Assembly: GCA_037444405.1 (NCBI GenBank)
Contig: JBBIML010000010.1
Location: 64,001 to 128,000, forward strand
Origin: Armatimonadota bacterium
GTDB lineage: Bacteria > Armatimonadota > Fimbriimonadia > Fimbriimonadales > GBS-DC
Length of the DNA stretch: 64,000 bases
Direction: 5' to 3'
A model generated the notes under the pieces. It saw only the letters and a list, made by a program, of their open reading frames with translations, made no database searches and was not told where the DNA came from. A program made the position numbers and the translations under genes. This document shows, piece by piece, positions 40,526 to 51,676 of the stretch (positions within the stretch are counted from its first letter, which is position 1; each line of letters opens with the position of its first letter).

Positions 40526-42106
40526 ATGATGCGACGCATAGCACTGGTGCTGGGCGCTCTGCTCTGTCTGATGAGTTGGGCGCAGAACCTGCAGGCGGGC
40601 GCCGCTGCGAGCAAAATCACGCCCAGCAAGCAGGTCTATCTGGCAGGCTATTCGCCCAATCGCCCCAACACAGGGGGCGTGCATGACGACATCTGGGCGC
40701 GGGCGCTCGTGCTGCAAATCGGGCAGGAGCGAATCGCGATTGCCGTGTGCGATCTGATCGGGCTACTGCGCGACGATGTGCAGAGAATCCGCCAGCGCGT
40801 GCGCAATGTGCCGCCGAATCGAATCATCGTCGCCAGCACCCATGTGCATTCGGCTCCCGACACCATCGGGCTATGGGGTCCCCAGCCAACGGTGTCGGGG
40901 CGCGATACTGAGTATATGAACTTCCTCATCGAAACGGTTGCCCGCACCATCGATGAGGCGGCGAGCCAGCTCCAACCTGCCACGATTGGCTTCGCCAGAA
41001 CGCGCGTGGAGGGCATCTCCACCAACTATCGCGTGCGGGAGATTCTGGACACCGAAGCCGCCGTGCTTCAGGTGCGCCGTAAGGCTGACAATAAGCCCAT
41101 CGCGACCCTCACCAACTTCGCCTGCCACCCCGAAGTGCTGAACAACGACCAGCTGACCGCCGACTTCCCGAACTGGTTCTATCGCACGGTGGAGGCGCAG
41201 GGCGGCGGCGTGGCAATCTTCGTGAATGGCGCACTGGGCGGCATGGTCTCGCCCACCGAAGACCCGAACTATCAGGGCGAGAAGGGCAAAGACTGGGCAC
41301 GCGCCGAACGCATGGGAACCCTGCTCGCCACCCGAACGCTCGAAGCGGTCAAAACGATGACCTTTACCGACGATGTGGCGTTCGAACATCGGAGCCAGAC
41401 CTTTAGCGTGCCGCTGGAGAACGAACGGTTCAGGCAGGCGGTCGCGATAGGGCTCATTCCCAGGGGCGAGTCGCTGCAGAACGACACGCTGACCACCGAA
41501 GCGCACCTGTTCCGAATCGGCAACGCCGTCTTCTTCACCATGCCGGGCGAAGTGCTGCCCAACATCGGCTTCCTGCTCAAAAAACAACTGAGCGCATATG
41601 GCGACCCCGTGTTCCTGATCGGGCTGGGCAACGACGAACTGGGCTACATCCTCTGCGAAGAGGACTACTGGCTCGATCTGTACGAGTATGAGCGCAGCAT
41701 GTCGGTCGGCTCGCAGATTGGCGAGCGGCTGGTGGCGATGGCGAAACAGCTGAGCGAGGGCTGGACGCCCATCGCCAGAGGAGGTGCAGGTGTGGCATCG
41801 GTGGAAGCGGAACTGCAGAAGTACCTGTCGCGCTTCCGCCCAGAGCGAGCGGGCGCGTTGAAGGCAACCTATCGATTCGTGCTGGAGGGCGCAGGTGAAT
41901 ACTACCTGCGCATCGCCGACGGTAAAGCCACCATCAGCAAGGAGGGCAATCCTGCAGAGGCGCAGGTCACCGTCCGTGCGCCTGCCCAGGTGTTCATCGA
42001 TGTGATCACAGGCAAACGCAACGCGCTCGACGCCTACAACACGGGCGAACTGCAGGTGGAAGGCGACATCGGGCTGGCGCAGTATCTGCTCTATGTGTTC
42101 GAATAG
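40526..42106 (+). CDS. secreted neutral/alkaline ceramidase-like amidohydrolase fused to an SCP2 sterol-binding domain
   Basis: GVHDDIWARALV, STHVHSAPD, NFACHPE; C-terminal AYNTGELQVEGDIGLA (SCP2). Confidence 0.75.
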   Translation: MMRRIALVLGALLCLMSWAQNLQAGAAASKITPSKQVYLAGYSPNRPNTGGVHDDIWARALVLQIGQERIAIAVCDLIGLLRDDVQRIRQRVRNVPPNRIIVASTHVHSAPDTIGLWGPQPTVSGRDTEYMNFLIETVARTIDEAASQLQPATIGFARTRVEGISTNYRVREILDTEAAVLQVRRKADNKPIATLTNFACHPEVLNNDQLTADFPNWFYRTVEAQGGGVAIFVNGALGGMVSPTEDPNYQGEKGKDWARAERMGTLLATRTLEAVKTMTFTDDVAFEHRSQTFSVPLENERFRQAVAIGLIPRGESLQNDTLTTEAHLFRIGNAVFFTMPGEVLPNIGFLLKKQLSAYGDPVFLIGLGNDELGYILCEEDYWLDLYEYERSMSVGSQIGERLVAMAKQLSEGWTPIARGGAGVASVEAELQKYLSRFRPERAGALKATYRFVLEGAGEYYLRIADGKATISKEGNPAEAQVTVRAPAQVFIDVITGKRNALDAYNTGELQVEGDIGLAQYLLYVFE

Positions 42107-42192
42107 CCCCCTCACCCGTACCCTCTCCCCCAGCGGGGGAGAGGGGTTTGGTTTCTCCCTCTCCCCAGCGGGGAGCGGGTTGGGGTGAGGGG
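42107..42192. repeat. inverted pair of CCCTCACCC-family palindromic repeats
   Basis: CCCCTCACCCGTACCCTCTCCCCCAGCGGGGGAGAGGGG followed by an inverted copy. Confidence 0.8.
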
Positions 42193-42195
42193 CAT

Positions 42196-42231
42196 AAAAA
42201 ACCAGCGGGGAGCGCCATCGGCACTCCCCGC
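42196..42231 (-). terminator. rho-independent terminator of the cold-shock gene
   Basis: GCGGGGAGTGCC-GAT-GGCGCTCCCCGC followed by a T-run on the minus strand. Confidence 0.7.
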
Positions 42232-42258
42232 CTTCGGTCGCTCCGTCTTCAGACTGCT

Positions 42259-42459
42259 TTACTTCGGGACAACATTGCGTGCCTGCAAGCCCTTCGGTCC
42301 TTGAACAACCTCGAACTCGACCGGCTGCCCCTCGTACAGCGTCCTGTGCCCCTGCATGTTAATTGCAGTGTGATGCACAAAGACTTCACGACCGTCCTCG
42401 GCTACGATGAAGCCGTAGCCCTTCTGGTCGTTGAACCACTTTACTTTACCCGTGATCAT
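42259..42459 (-). CDS. cold-shock protein (CspA family)
   Basis: TGKVKWFNDQKGYGFI, VFVH, GPKGLQA.NV; AGGAGG RBS. Confidence 0.95.
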   Translation of the reverse strand: MITGKVKWFNDQKGYGFIVAEDGREVFVHHTAINMQGHRTLYEGQPVEFEVVQGPKGLQARNVVPK

Positions 42460-42607
42460 CACTAACCTCCTTCCGGGCGCAGACGGACGGGTGACCGCCT
42501 GTCCCGTTTGTGATACAAAGCTATTATACCCGATGCGCATCGCGATTCCTGCATTTTGTCAAGGGGTGTGCAGGATAGTCCTGATTGCCTGCCGAATCAC
42601 CTCGCTT

Positions 42608-43576
42608 ATGAGCCAGATTCGTATCGGGTTTGTGGGCACGGGCGGTATTGCGCAGGCACATTTTGACGCGCTCTCGCGAATAGAGGATGTTCAGCTGGTT
42701 GCGTTTTGCGATGTGGAGGCAGTGCGGGCGGAAGCGGCGGCGGGGCGGTTCGGTGGACGCGCCTACACCGATTGGGAGCGCATGCTGCGTGACGAATCGC
42801 TCGACGCGCTCTATGTGTGCGTGCCGCCCCATGCGCATGAGGGCATCGAGGAAAGGGCAGCGGAAAAGGGCATCCACCTGTTCGTGGAGAAGCCTGTTGC
42901 CCGCACGCTGGAACGCGCCCGCCAGGTCGAAGCCGCCATCCAGAAGGCGGGCGTGCTGAGTTGTGTTGGCTATCATTTCCGCTATTTCGGCTCGACCGAC
43001 CGCGCCCGCGAACGGCTGGAGGGGCTGCCCGTCGTGATGTCGATTGGCTACTGGCACGGCGGGATGCCCGGCGTCGGCTGGTGGCGCAAGCACGCGCTCT
43101 CAGGCGGACAGCTGATTGAGCAGACCACGCACATTGTTGACCTCGCCCGCTATCTAATGGGCGAGATTGTGCAGGTGCATGCTTATTTTGCGCAGGGTGT
43201 GGTGCCGCTGCCCCATCCCGATGGTGATGTGAGCGAGGCGGGCGTGGTCGCCCTGCGATTCGCCAGCGGCGCGGTCGGCGTCATCACTAACACCTGCGTC
43301 CTGAACACGCCCGGCGAAATCGCCCTCAAAATCTACTCGCCCGATCGGGTGCTGGAGGTCGGCTGGGGGCGACTGGTGGAGATCGAACCGAACCGCCGCG
43401 AGGAATACACCTCGCGTGATAACCCCTATCTGACCGAGAATCGCACCTTTATCGAGGCGGTTCGCACGGGCGATGGGCGCGCCATTCGCTCGCCCTACTC
43501 TGATGGCGTACGCACGCTTGCCGTTACGCTGGCGGCGGACGAATCGGCGCGCACGGGTCTGCCCGTTTCGGTATAA
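42608..43576 (+). CDS. Gfo/Idh/MocA family oxidoreductase
   Basis: IGFVGTGGIA, HLFVEKP, SGGQLIEQTTHIVD. Confidence 0.9.
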   Translation: MSQIRIGFVGTGGIAQAHFDALSRIEDVQLVAFCDVEAVRAEAAAGRFGGRAYTDWERMLRDESLDALYVCVPPHAHEGIEERAAEKGIHLFVEKPVARTLERARQVEAAIQKAGVLSCVGYHFRYFGSTDRARERLEGLPVVMSIGYWHGGMPGVGWWRKHALSGGQLIEQTTHIVDLARYLMGEIVQVHAYFAQGVVPLPHPDGDVSEAGVVALRFASGAVGVITNTCVLNTPGEIALKIYSPDRVLEVGWGRLVEIEPNRREEYTSRDNPYLTENRTFIEAVRTGDGRAIRSPYSDGVRTLAVTLAADESARTGLPVSV

Positions 43577-43585
43577 TTTTTGCCA

Positions 43586-44371
43586 ATGCTGCTGGCAATC
43601 GATGTGGGCAACACGCACACCGTGTTCGGCATACACGACGGCTCGGCGTGGCATGCCTGGCGTGTGCAGACGAACCCCGCCCGCACGGAGGACGAGCATT
43701 ATGTGCTGTTGCGGTCGCTGATGGCGGCGGCGGGGCTTCAGGAGCCGATTCGGGCGGTGGTGGTGGCGTCGGTCGTGCCCGCGCTGGACGACACCCTGCA
43801 ACTGCTGTGCCAGCGCTGGCTGATGTGCGAGCCGCTCTTTGTCTCGGTTCAGCTCGATCTGGGCATCGAGGTGGCTTACGAGCCGCCGACAGCGGTCGGC
43901 GCGGATCGGCTGGCGAACGCGGTGGGCGCGAAAGCGCTCTACGGCACGCCCGCGATTGTGGTCGACTTCGGCACGGCGACCACGCTCGACGCCCTCTCGC
44001 GGCAGAGCGTTTACCTGGGTGGCGCGATTTTGCCGGGTGTGGAGCTGATGCTCGAATCACTGGCGGGGCGCACGGCGCGATTGACGCGCGTATCGCTCAG
44101 CGGCGCGGTGAACCCCATCGGGCGCAACACCGCCGAGAGCCTGCGCAGCGGCACCCTGCTCGGCTCCGCCGGCGCCGTCGAATATCTGATCACTCTTTTC
44201 AAACGGGAACTGGGCGACGACGCGCAGGTGGTGGCAACAGGCGGCTTAGCCCCCCAGATCGCACCCTGCTGCTCGCAAATCCAGAAAATAGACCTCTTGC
44301 TCACCCTCGAAGGCATGCGCCAGATTTATGAGCGGAATAGCAAATCATCAGCCATCAGGGAGGCACCATGA
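43586..44371 (+). CDS. coaX: type III pantothenate kinase
   Basis: AIDVGNT, VGADR, VVDFGTATT, GGAILPG, VATGG. Confidence 0.95.
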   Translation: MLLAIDVGNTHTVFGIHDGSAWHAWRVQTNPARTEDEHYVLLRSLMAAAGLQEPIRAVVVASVVPALDDTLQLLCQRWLMCEPLFVSVQLDLGIEVAYEPPTAVGADRLANAVGAKALYGTPAIVVDFGTATTLDALSRQSVYLGGAILPGVELMLESLAGRTARLTRVSLSGAVNPIGRNTAESLRSGTLLGSAGAVEYLITLFKRELGDDAQVVATGGLAPQIAPCCSQIQKIDLLLTLEGMRQIYERNSKSSAIREAP

Positions 44372-45003
44372 ACCAGGAGTTGCAGACCGTCTGGGAGACC
44401 GTACGCGAGAAGGTCAAGGAGAAGGTGACGGGGCGCAGCCTCTATCAGGCGCTGGACATGCTCACACCCATCCTGATGGAAGGCGAGACGCTGGTGCTGG
44501 GCATGCCGACCGAGCATGCGCTGCTCGCCAGCCATCTGAACGCGCCCACCGTGCGCCGCTATATGGAGCAGTTCCTGGAAGAAGCCTACGGCTTTCGACC
44601 ACAGATTGTAATTATTGAGGGCACCACTCTGCAGGACTGGCAGCTGTATCGGCGCAAGCAGGAAGAACTGCGTCGCCTGAGTGAAGCCAGCCAGCGCAAA
44701 CAGGCGAAGGAAACGCGCGCCTACACCTCGTGGGAAGGCGTCTATGAGCAGGTGGGGCGTGCCTTCGCCGCGACGCCCGCCCGCAGCCTCGCCACCAGCC
44801 GCGCCCGCTACCTGCAGGAAGCCCTCCAGATCGTGCGCGACGCGCTCAAAATCCTGCCGCTGGACGACGAGATGGACGAACGGCAGCTGAACCGCATCAT
44901 TGAACGCATCGCCACCAATGTGGACGCGCCCGCTGCGCTCATCGCCTACCTGCTGCTCTTCCCACAACAGAACCCGCTCAATGACACCCATGACCCGTCG
45001 TGA
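44368..45003 (+). CDS. hypothetical protein with DnaA N-terminal (domain I)-like region
   Basis: First ~85 aa follow the DnaA domain I pattern; no Walker motifs; GGGAGG RBS. Confidence 0.55.
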   Translation: MNQELQTVWETVREKVKEKVTGRSLYQALDMLTPILMEGETLVLGMPTEHALLASHLNAPTVRRYMEQFLEEAYGFRPQIVIIEGTTLQDWQLYRRKQEELRRLSEASQRKQAKETRAYTSWEGVYEQVGRAFAATPARSLATSRARYLQEALQIVRDALKILPLDDEMDERQLNRIIERIATNVDAPAALIAYLLLFPQQNPLNDTHDPS

Positions 45004-46120
45004 ACGCACTCTGATCGGGCTGCTCGTCGCCACCGTGCTGATTGCCCTCCTCGCGCTGATCCGCTCCCAGCCGTGGGGACGACTCGACATCCGCTTCCTC
45101 AAGCCGAACACAAAAGACTGGATTGCCTGCATCCGCCTGAACGCCGACGGCAAAGGCGACCTGATGGTCATCAAGCCCGACGGCAGCACCCTGATGCTGA
45201 CCGAAGATGAACACGACGACGAATCGCCCGACTGGTCGCCCGACGGCACCAAAATCGCGTTCGTGTCCAATCGGCGCGAGCAGGTGTACCAGCTCTGGAC
45301 GATTGACCCCGATGGCAGGAATCTGAGCCAGTTGACGATTGGGGGCGGCGCGAAGGAGGCACCCCGCTACGACCCCGACGGCGAGCATATCCTGCATATC
45401 GCGCAGGGGCTGGTGGTCGCCATCGACCGCAAAGGCGTCCACGCCGAGCAGCTCATCCCGCGCCCTGAACAGATGGTGCAGGTGCGCGAGCAGCACGGTC
45501 AAATCGCCTTTCGGTACGCGCGGCGCGTGGTGGAAGACCTGATTGCCGCCGTGCAGATTATCGACGAGGGCGAGCAGGTGGTGCTACAGGATACCGCCCA
45601 CACCGAGTTAACGCTCGCACTGCCCGTGCTGCTGAAGGGCGATCGCGTCGATCTGGACTGGGCGCGACAGGGGCTTCAACTGGTGATTGCTGGCGCCAAC
45701 GCCGAGATGCCCACTGGAAGCAGGGGAGGCATCCTGATGGGGCTGGACTTCAGTGAGAATCGCGAGCAGCCGCAGGCAGTCCCGCTCTGGAGTTCGCTGG
45801 ACAACGCCGAAGCCGCAATTGAGCCTGTCTGGTCGCCCAATGGCTCGCGTATCGCGTTCGTGATGTGCGACCGCAAGCAGGACGGCACGCTCATACGCAA
45901 AGCGCTGATGGTCATCCCTGCCGATGGCGGCTTGCCAACAGAGATTATTAAGGGCGAGGTCTATACGCCTGACTGGGCGCCCGATGGAGAGCGGCTCGTG
46001 TTCGCGATGGGCAAGCCAGGCAGCCGCCAGATTTACACCATCCGCCTCGACGGCACCGACCTGAAACCCCTCACCCGTGACGGCGATTGTATCACCCCGC
46101 GCTGGAGTCCGAAAGAGTAG
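44990..46120 (+). CDS. membrane-anchored TolB-like (PD40 repeat) beta-propeller protein
   Basis: N-terminal TM segment; PDWSPDGTKIAFVS, PVWSPNG, PDWAPDG, PRWSP. Confidence 0.85.
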   Translation: MTRRERTLIGLLVATVLIALLALIRSQPWGRLDIRFLKPNTKDWIACIRLNADGKGDLMVIKPDGSTLMLTEDEHDDESPDWSPDGTKIAFVSNRREQVYQLWTIDPDGRNLSQLTIGGGAKEAPRYDPDGEHILHIAQGLVVAIDRKGVHAEQLIPRPEQMVQVREQHGQIAFRYARRVVEDLIAAVQIIDEGEQVVLQDTAHTELTLALPVLLKGDRVDLDWARQGLQLVIAGANAEMPTGSRGGILMGLDFSENREQPQAVPLWSSLDNAEAAIEPVWSPNGSRIAFVMCDRKQDGTLIRKALMVIPADGGLPTEIIKGEVYTPDWAPDGERLVFAMGKPGSRQIYTIRLDGTDLKPLTRDGDCITPRWSPKE

Positions 46121-46158
46121 ATACTAACCCTTCGCTTCGTGTCTGCACTGCCATGTTG

Positions 46159-47085
46159 CTAACTCACCTCCCCGCGAGTGATCTGCATAAACACATCCTC
46201 CAGGTCCAGCGAGGTCTCGGTCAGGGAGATGACGCGGAATCCGTCGCGCACGATTCGGGCGAGCAGCTCCGCCTGCTCTTCCAGTCCGCCCGTGAAGTGA
46301 ACCTCCACGCAGCCGTTTTGCAGAGCGAGATGCGTGATGTGCGCGTCGCCCTCCAGATAGTTCGCCAGCGGTTCGGGGTCGTCCAGCAGGCGAATCTGCA
46401 GCACGCGCGCGGGTTGCAATTGCGCGATAATCTGCTCCACGGGTCCCCACACCAGCAGCTCGCCCTTCTCGATGATACCAATCTTATTGCAGAAGTCGGC
46501 GAGCTCGGGCAGGATGTGGGATGAGACCAGCACGATCTTGCCCATCGCGCCCAGCTCGCGGATGAGTTCTTTGATCTCGATACGGGCGCGCGGGTCCAGC
46601 CCCGACGCCGGTTCGTCCAGCAACAGCAGCAGGGGGTCATGCACCAGGCTTTTCGCCAGGCAGAGCCGCTGCTGCATCCCGCGCGAGAGCGTCTCCACAT
46701 AGGCGTCCTTCTTCACCGTGAGATCGGTCAGCTCCAGCACATTCTGGATAATCTGGGCGCGTTGCGATCGGGGGATTCGGTACGCCGCCGCGAAGAACTC
46801 CAGATATTCGGTGACAGTGATGCCCTCGTACAGCCCAAAAAAGTCGGGCATATAGCCCAGCAGCGGTCGCACCTCTTCGGGGTAGCGCACGATATCGATG
46901 CCATTCAGCGTCGCGGTGCCCGCCGTCGGCTCCAGCAGGGTCGCCAGCATCTTGATGGTGGTGGTCTTGCCCGCGCCGTTGGGTCCGATGAACCCGAACA
47001 CATCGCCGGGCATCAGCTGGAAGCTGATGTCTTTGACCGCCACCAGCGTGCCGAACTCCTTCCGCAGCGATTTGACCTCCAGCAT
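46159..47085 (-). CDS. ABC transporter ATP-binding protein
   Basis: GPNGAGKTT, LSRGMQQR, LLDEPASGLDP, SSH. Confidence 0.92.
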   Translation of the reverse strand: MLEVKSLRKEFGTLVAVKDISFQLMPGDVFGFIGPNGAGKTTTIKMLATLLEPTAGTATLNGIDIVRYPEEVRPLLGYMPDFFGLYEGITVTEYLEFFAAAYRIPRSQRAQIIQNVLELTDLTVKKDAYVETLSRGMQQRLCLAKSLVHDPLLLLLDEPASGLDPRARIEIKELIRELGAMGKIVLVSSHILPELADFCNKIGIIEKGELLVWGPVEQIIAQLQPARVLQIRLLDDPEPLANYLEGDAHITHLALQNGCVEVHFTGGLEEQAELLARIVRDGFRVISLTETSLDLEDVFMQITRGEVS

Positions 47086-47113
47086 GCTCCGATTGACCTC
47101 CTGCGTTGATCGC

Positions 47114-47977
47114 TCATTTGCGCCAGTGATGGCGAACGCCCTGTCGGGTCAGCAGATAGAACAGCCCCGAAAAGAGCAGATAGTAGACGCCCTGCCCCCA
47201 GCCGAACCCGTAAGCCTGCAATAACAGATATGAACCGGTGGGATCGGGATAGACGGCGGCTAACGCCACAAAGGGATTCAGCCAGAAGATACAGCGCCAG
47301 TCGAAGGGCATCTCCAGCCAAAAGAGCAGTTTCTGCCAGGTAGACGCGCCCAGCTGCATCCCTCCGGTCAGCGACATGTCGCCGCCACGCTGCGTCGCCA
47401 TCTCCAGCAGGATCATTGTCAACAGCGGCAGGAACAGCAGGGTGAACACCTGAACGCCATACAGCGTCGCGGCGCTGGCGATGCTGTGGCGCAGGCGCAA
47501 CGAGAGCCACATCCCGATGCTCACCAGCAGTACCCCCCATGCGGTCAGCATCCAGATGGCGCCCAGCCAGCCGATAAAGGGCACCGGGCGGTACATGTAC
47601 TTAACCCAGGCGATGTAGGCGATCGGGGTCAACAGCAGCACAATCACCAGCACGCCCAGCACGCGACTGAACCATTTGCCAAACACAATCTCGTCGACGG
47701 TCAGGCGCGTAATCGCCAGCGATTCCCAGGTCGCCTTCTCATATTCCATCGAAAAGAGCGCGTAGCAGCCCAGCGGCGTTAGCAGGCACAGCAACAGTAA
47801 GCCCAGTATCAGCACAATCGCGGGATCCAGTTCGTAGCGAATGGTCTGCACCAACAGGTAGAAATAGAGCATCAGCCCCAGTCCGCCGAGAATCACTGTC
47901 AGCGCGCGTTGCCGATACCAGCGCGAGCGCGACTGACCGAGCAGATGGTACCAGAAGACGGGGTTCCCACGCCACAT
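47114..47977 (-). CDS. ABC-2 type permease-like membrane protein
   Basis: E.EK.TWESL..T.L...EIVFGK motif; multiple TM segments. Confidence 0.75.
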   Translation of the reverse strand: MWRGNPVFWYHLLGQSRSRWYRQRALTVILGGLGLMLYFYLLVQTIRYELDPAIVLILGLLLLCLLTPLGCYALFSMEYEKATWESLAITRLTVDEIVFGKWFSRVLGVLVIVLLLTPIAYIAWVKYMYRPVPFIGWLGAIWMLTAWGVLLVSIGMWLSLRLRHSIASAATLYGVQVFTLLFLPLLTMILLEMATQRGGDMSLTGGMQLGASTWQKLLFWLEMPFDWRCIFWLNPFVALAAVYPDPTGSYLLLQAYGFGWGQGVYYLLFSGLFYLLTRQGVRHHWRK

Positions 47978-47979
47978 GC

Positions 47980-49995
47980 CTATTCACCTCGCAGGGGCAG
48001 CGCGACCAGATAGGTGACTTCGGCGGCGCTTTCGAACGCGCTGCCGAGTTCAGGCGCCAGCACGGGCTGGTTCGCCCGCGCCGTCAGCAGCACGCATGGC
48101 AGCTGACCACCCCAGTGCGCGCGCAACTGACGCGCGATTTCGGGCAGCGCGGGCAGCATCGGCTCTTCAGGGGGATAGGGATAGCCAGGCGGGTATACAT
48201 TCCTTCGGCGCGGGCGCGATGGCATCCCCGGCGGCTCCACCCACTGATCCACCTTCAGCGTGCCGCCCGCCTTCAGGTTGCCCAGCGGAAGCGACTGACC
48301 CCCAATTAGCAGCTCCACCCGTTGCAAATCGTACGGCAGCCGGTTCTGAATCGTGCCGATCAGATGGAGCATGCCGCTCTCGCGGCGCACGCGCAGGCTC
48401 GACTGGACGCTGCCCGTGAGCTGAACGGGGCGCGTATATCGAAACCATTGCAGGCTTAAACTGCGCACGCGATAGCCTTCCACCCGTTTCGGCTCGATCT
48501 CCACTGTACTGACGCGCGTGGGCGCACCCACAACGCTGAATGACTGATCCTGCTGACCCCACTCCACCAGATCGCACTGATCGAACCGAAAGTCGTACAC
48601 GCCCGCCTTCGGGAAGAAGAGCTGCACGCTGTTGACCGTGTAGCCGCCTGTGTCGCCCGCGTTCATCAGCAGAACGGTTTTGATCTCCCCCGATAGCGGC
48701 TTGCGGTACAGGTCGCCCGCCAGCCGCGAGAGCAGCAGCACAAACAGCACCGCAATCACAGGCACCGTGAGCCATGACCAGTCGAGCGCCCGCAACCGTC
48801 GCAGCACCCAGTAGTTCACAGGCACGACCAGCACAAAGTAGACCAGCAGCAGACCCAGGATGAGTTCAACCGATGGCAGGCGCACCTGAAAGCGTGAGGA
48901 TGACGGCGGCGGTCTGTACGGTGTGCCATAGCCATAGTAATACCAGTTGTTCGGGTCGGAGCCTGTCTGCATGCGGAACAGGGTGGTCAGGTAGTAGCTG
49001 GGTGGCAGGTCGGGCACGCGCTGGAGCAGCGCCTGCCAGAAGGCGGGATTGCCCCCGTAGCTGCGCATCGGCTGATCCCACGGGCTGAACGCCAGAAACA
49101 CAATCGCGCCCAGCCCATAGGAGCGTGTGGCAATCAGCGGGACGCCGTTTTGCTGGAGCAGGACAGCGCTGTCGGGCGCAGGGCGGCTCAGCGTGATGCT
49201 GACTCTGCCCGCAGGCGGCTCCTGCCCGCAGAACGCGCCCACCGCCCGCAACGAGTCGAGTTCGCCCAATCCCTGCACCTGCACGGGCAGCAGCGGTTGC
49301 AACGCTGGATGCTGGAGGTAGAGCGCGCCCGCGCCGCCCGGCGCAATCAGCGTGCCGCCCAGTCGAACCCAGTTCAGCAGCGCCTGCCACTGCTCCGCGC
49401 TCATGCGCTCCGCGCCCGCGCCCAGCACAATCACGCTCACCCCACTGCAGGCAATCGCCATCGGCGGGAACAGCTCCGAACGGCAATACGCCACCTCATA
49501 AGTGCCCTCCCGTTGATAGGACGAATAGGGATACGGGCGCATGACCGACACGCGCGGACGGATTTTAATCGTGCGCAGGAACTGCATCCCGCCAATCGCA
49601 TCGCCCACGCCCACCACCAGGCGGTCTTCCTCACCAATCGGGCTCAGGGGCTGCTGCGCCTCGACCGACACGCCGGGCGCGGAAAAGCGCACCACGATGT
49701 TGAAAGAGCCGAAGCCGCCAACGATGGGGCAGGCGATAAGCCGCTTGCGCCCACCCGCAGGCAGCTCCAGCGGGTAGCGGTACTCGCGCTGATAGCTGAA
49801 GCCCTCCTGCGCGACGCTCACCACCCCCCGCAGGTTGCCACTCCGATTGCGCACCTCGATCAGCAGGGGCAACGCGCCATTAATACTCGGTCGGTTGCCG
49901 AACAGTGGTTGCACCAGCAGCTCCACTGGCTGCGCCCAGCCCATCAGCCAGACGCTCATCAAGAAGCCTGCCAACCAGCCACGCCCGGTTGCCAT
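47980..49995 (-). CDS. large membrane-anchored hypothetical protein associated with the ABC exporter
   Basis: Signal peptide, central GATase-like segment (L..WV..GGTL), TM pair (YFVLVVPVNY...W...P); start approximate. Confidence 0.65.
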   Translation of the reverse strand: MATGRGWLAGFLMSVWLMGWAQPVELLVQPLFGNRPSINGALPLLIEVRNRSGNLRGVVSVAQEGFSYQREYRYPLELPAGGRKRLIACPIVGGFGSFNIVVRFSAPGVSVEAQQPLSPIGEEDRLVVGVGDAIGGMQFLRTIKIRPRVSVMRPYPYSSYQREGTYEVAYCRSELFPPMAIACSGVSVIVLGAGAERMSAEQWQALLNWVRLGGTLIAPGGAGALYLQHPALQPLLPVQVQGLGELDSLRAVGAFCGQEPPAGRVSITLSRPAPDSAVLLQQNGVPLIATRSYGLGAIVFLAFSPWDQPMRSYGGNPAFWQALLQRVPDLPPSYYLTTLFRMQTGSDPNNWYYYGYGTPYRPPPSSSRFQVRLPSVELILGLLLVYFVLVVPVNYWVLRRLRALDWSWLTVPVIAVLFVLLLSRLAGDLYRKPLSGEIKTVLLMNAGDTGGYTVNSVQLFFPKAGVYDFRFDQCDLVEWGQQDQSFSVVGAPTRVSTVEIEPKRVEGYRVRSLSLQWFRYTRPVQLTGSVQSSLRVRRESGMLHLIGTIQNRLPYDLQRVELLIGGQSLPLGNLKAGGTLKVDQWVEPPGMPSRPRRRNVYPPGYPYPPEEPMLPALPEIARQLRAHWGGQLPCVLLTARANQPVLAPELGSAFESAAEVTYLVALPLRGE

Positions 49996-50061
49996 CCACC
50001 TCACCACTGGATAAGATTCTACCCTCCCAGCATATTCTCCTGCCTGCATCGCAACAACGAA

Positions 50062-50105
50062 TCCCCTTCCCCCCAGCGTCGGGAGAGGGGGCAAGGGGGT
50101 GAGGG
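50062..50105. repeat. CCCTCACCC-family palindromic repeat
   Basis: CCCCTTCCCCCAGCGTCGGGAGAGGGGGCAAGGGGGTGAGGG. Confidence 0.7.
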
Positions 50106-50123
50106 CAAGGTACAATCTTTTCG

Positions 50124-51206
<1,083 letters not shown>

Positions 51207-51307
51207 CCCGCCCAAAAACCCCCAAAACTCACAGGTGCTGCCGTGCCGTTGTGTGGAACGATGGTACTGGCGTGAGAGGGTTCGCCTTCGCACGCAGGGA
51301 GAGAACC

Positions 51308-51673
51308 ATGCGAAATCGGAAGGCAAGCCGGCGGGGGTTCACGCTCCTGGAGATTATGGTCGTGGTATTCATTCTGGGCATCCTGATCACGATTGCGGTG
51401 CCCAGCTGGATGAACGCGCGCTCGCGAGCGCAGGCGCGCACCTGCTCCGCCAATCTGCGCCAGATTCACCAGGCGAAAGAGATGCACGCACTGGCAAATC
51501 GCCTGCCCGATGGGACACCCGTACAGATGAGCGACCTGGTGCCGCAGTATCTGCAGGCGGAGCCGTTCTGTCCTGCAGCTGGCGGCGCGGCGTACACGGT
51601 CAACCCCGTCGGCACCGCTCCCACCTGCCCCACTGGCTTGCCGAACCACACCGTCGACTGGAGAGGGGATTAG
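51308..51673 (+). CDS. type IV pilin / pseudopilin
   Basis: RRG-FTLLEIMVV class III signal peptide; C-terminal Cys pair. Confidence 0.9.
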   Translation: MRNRKASRRGFTLLEIMVVVFILGILITIAVPSWMNARSRAQARTCSANLRQIHQAKEMHALANRLPDGTPVQMSDLVPQYLQAEPFCPAAGGAAYTVNPVGTAPTCPTGLPNHTVDWRGD

Positions 51674-51676
51674 CGT

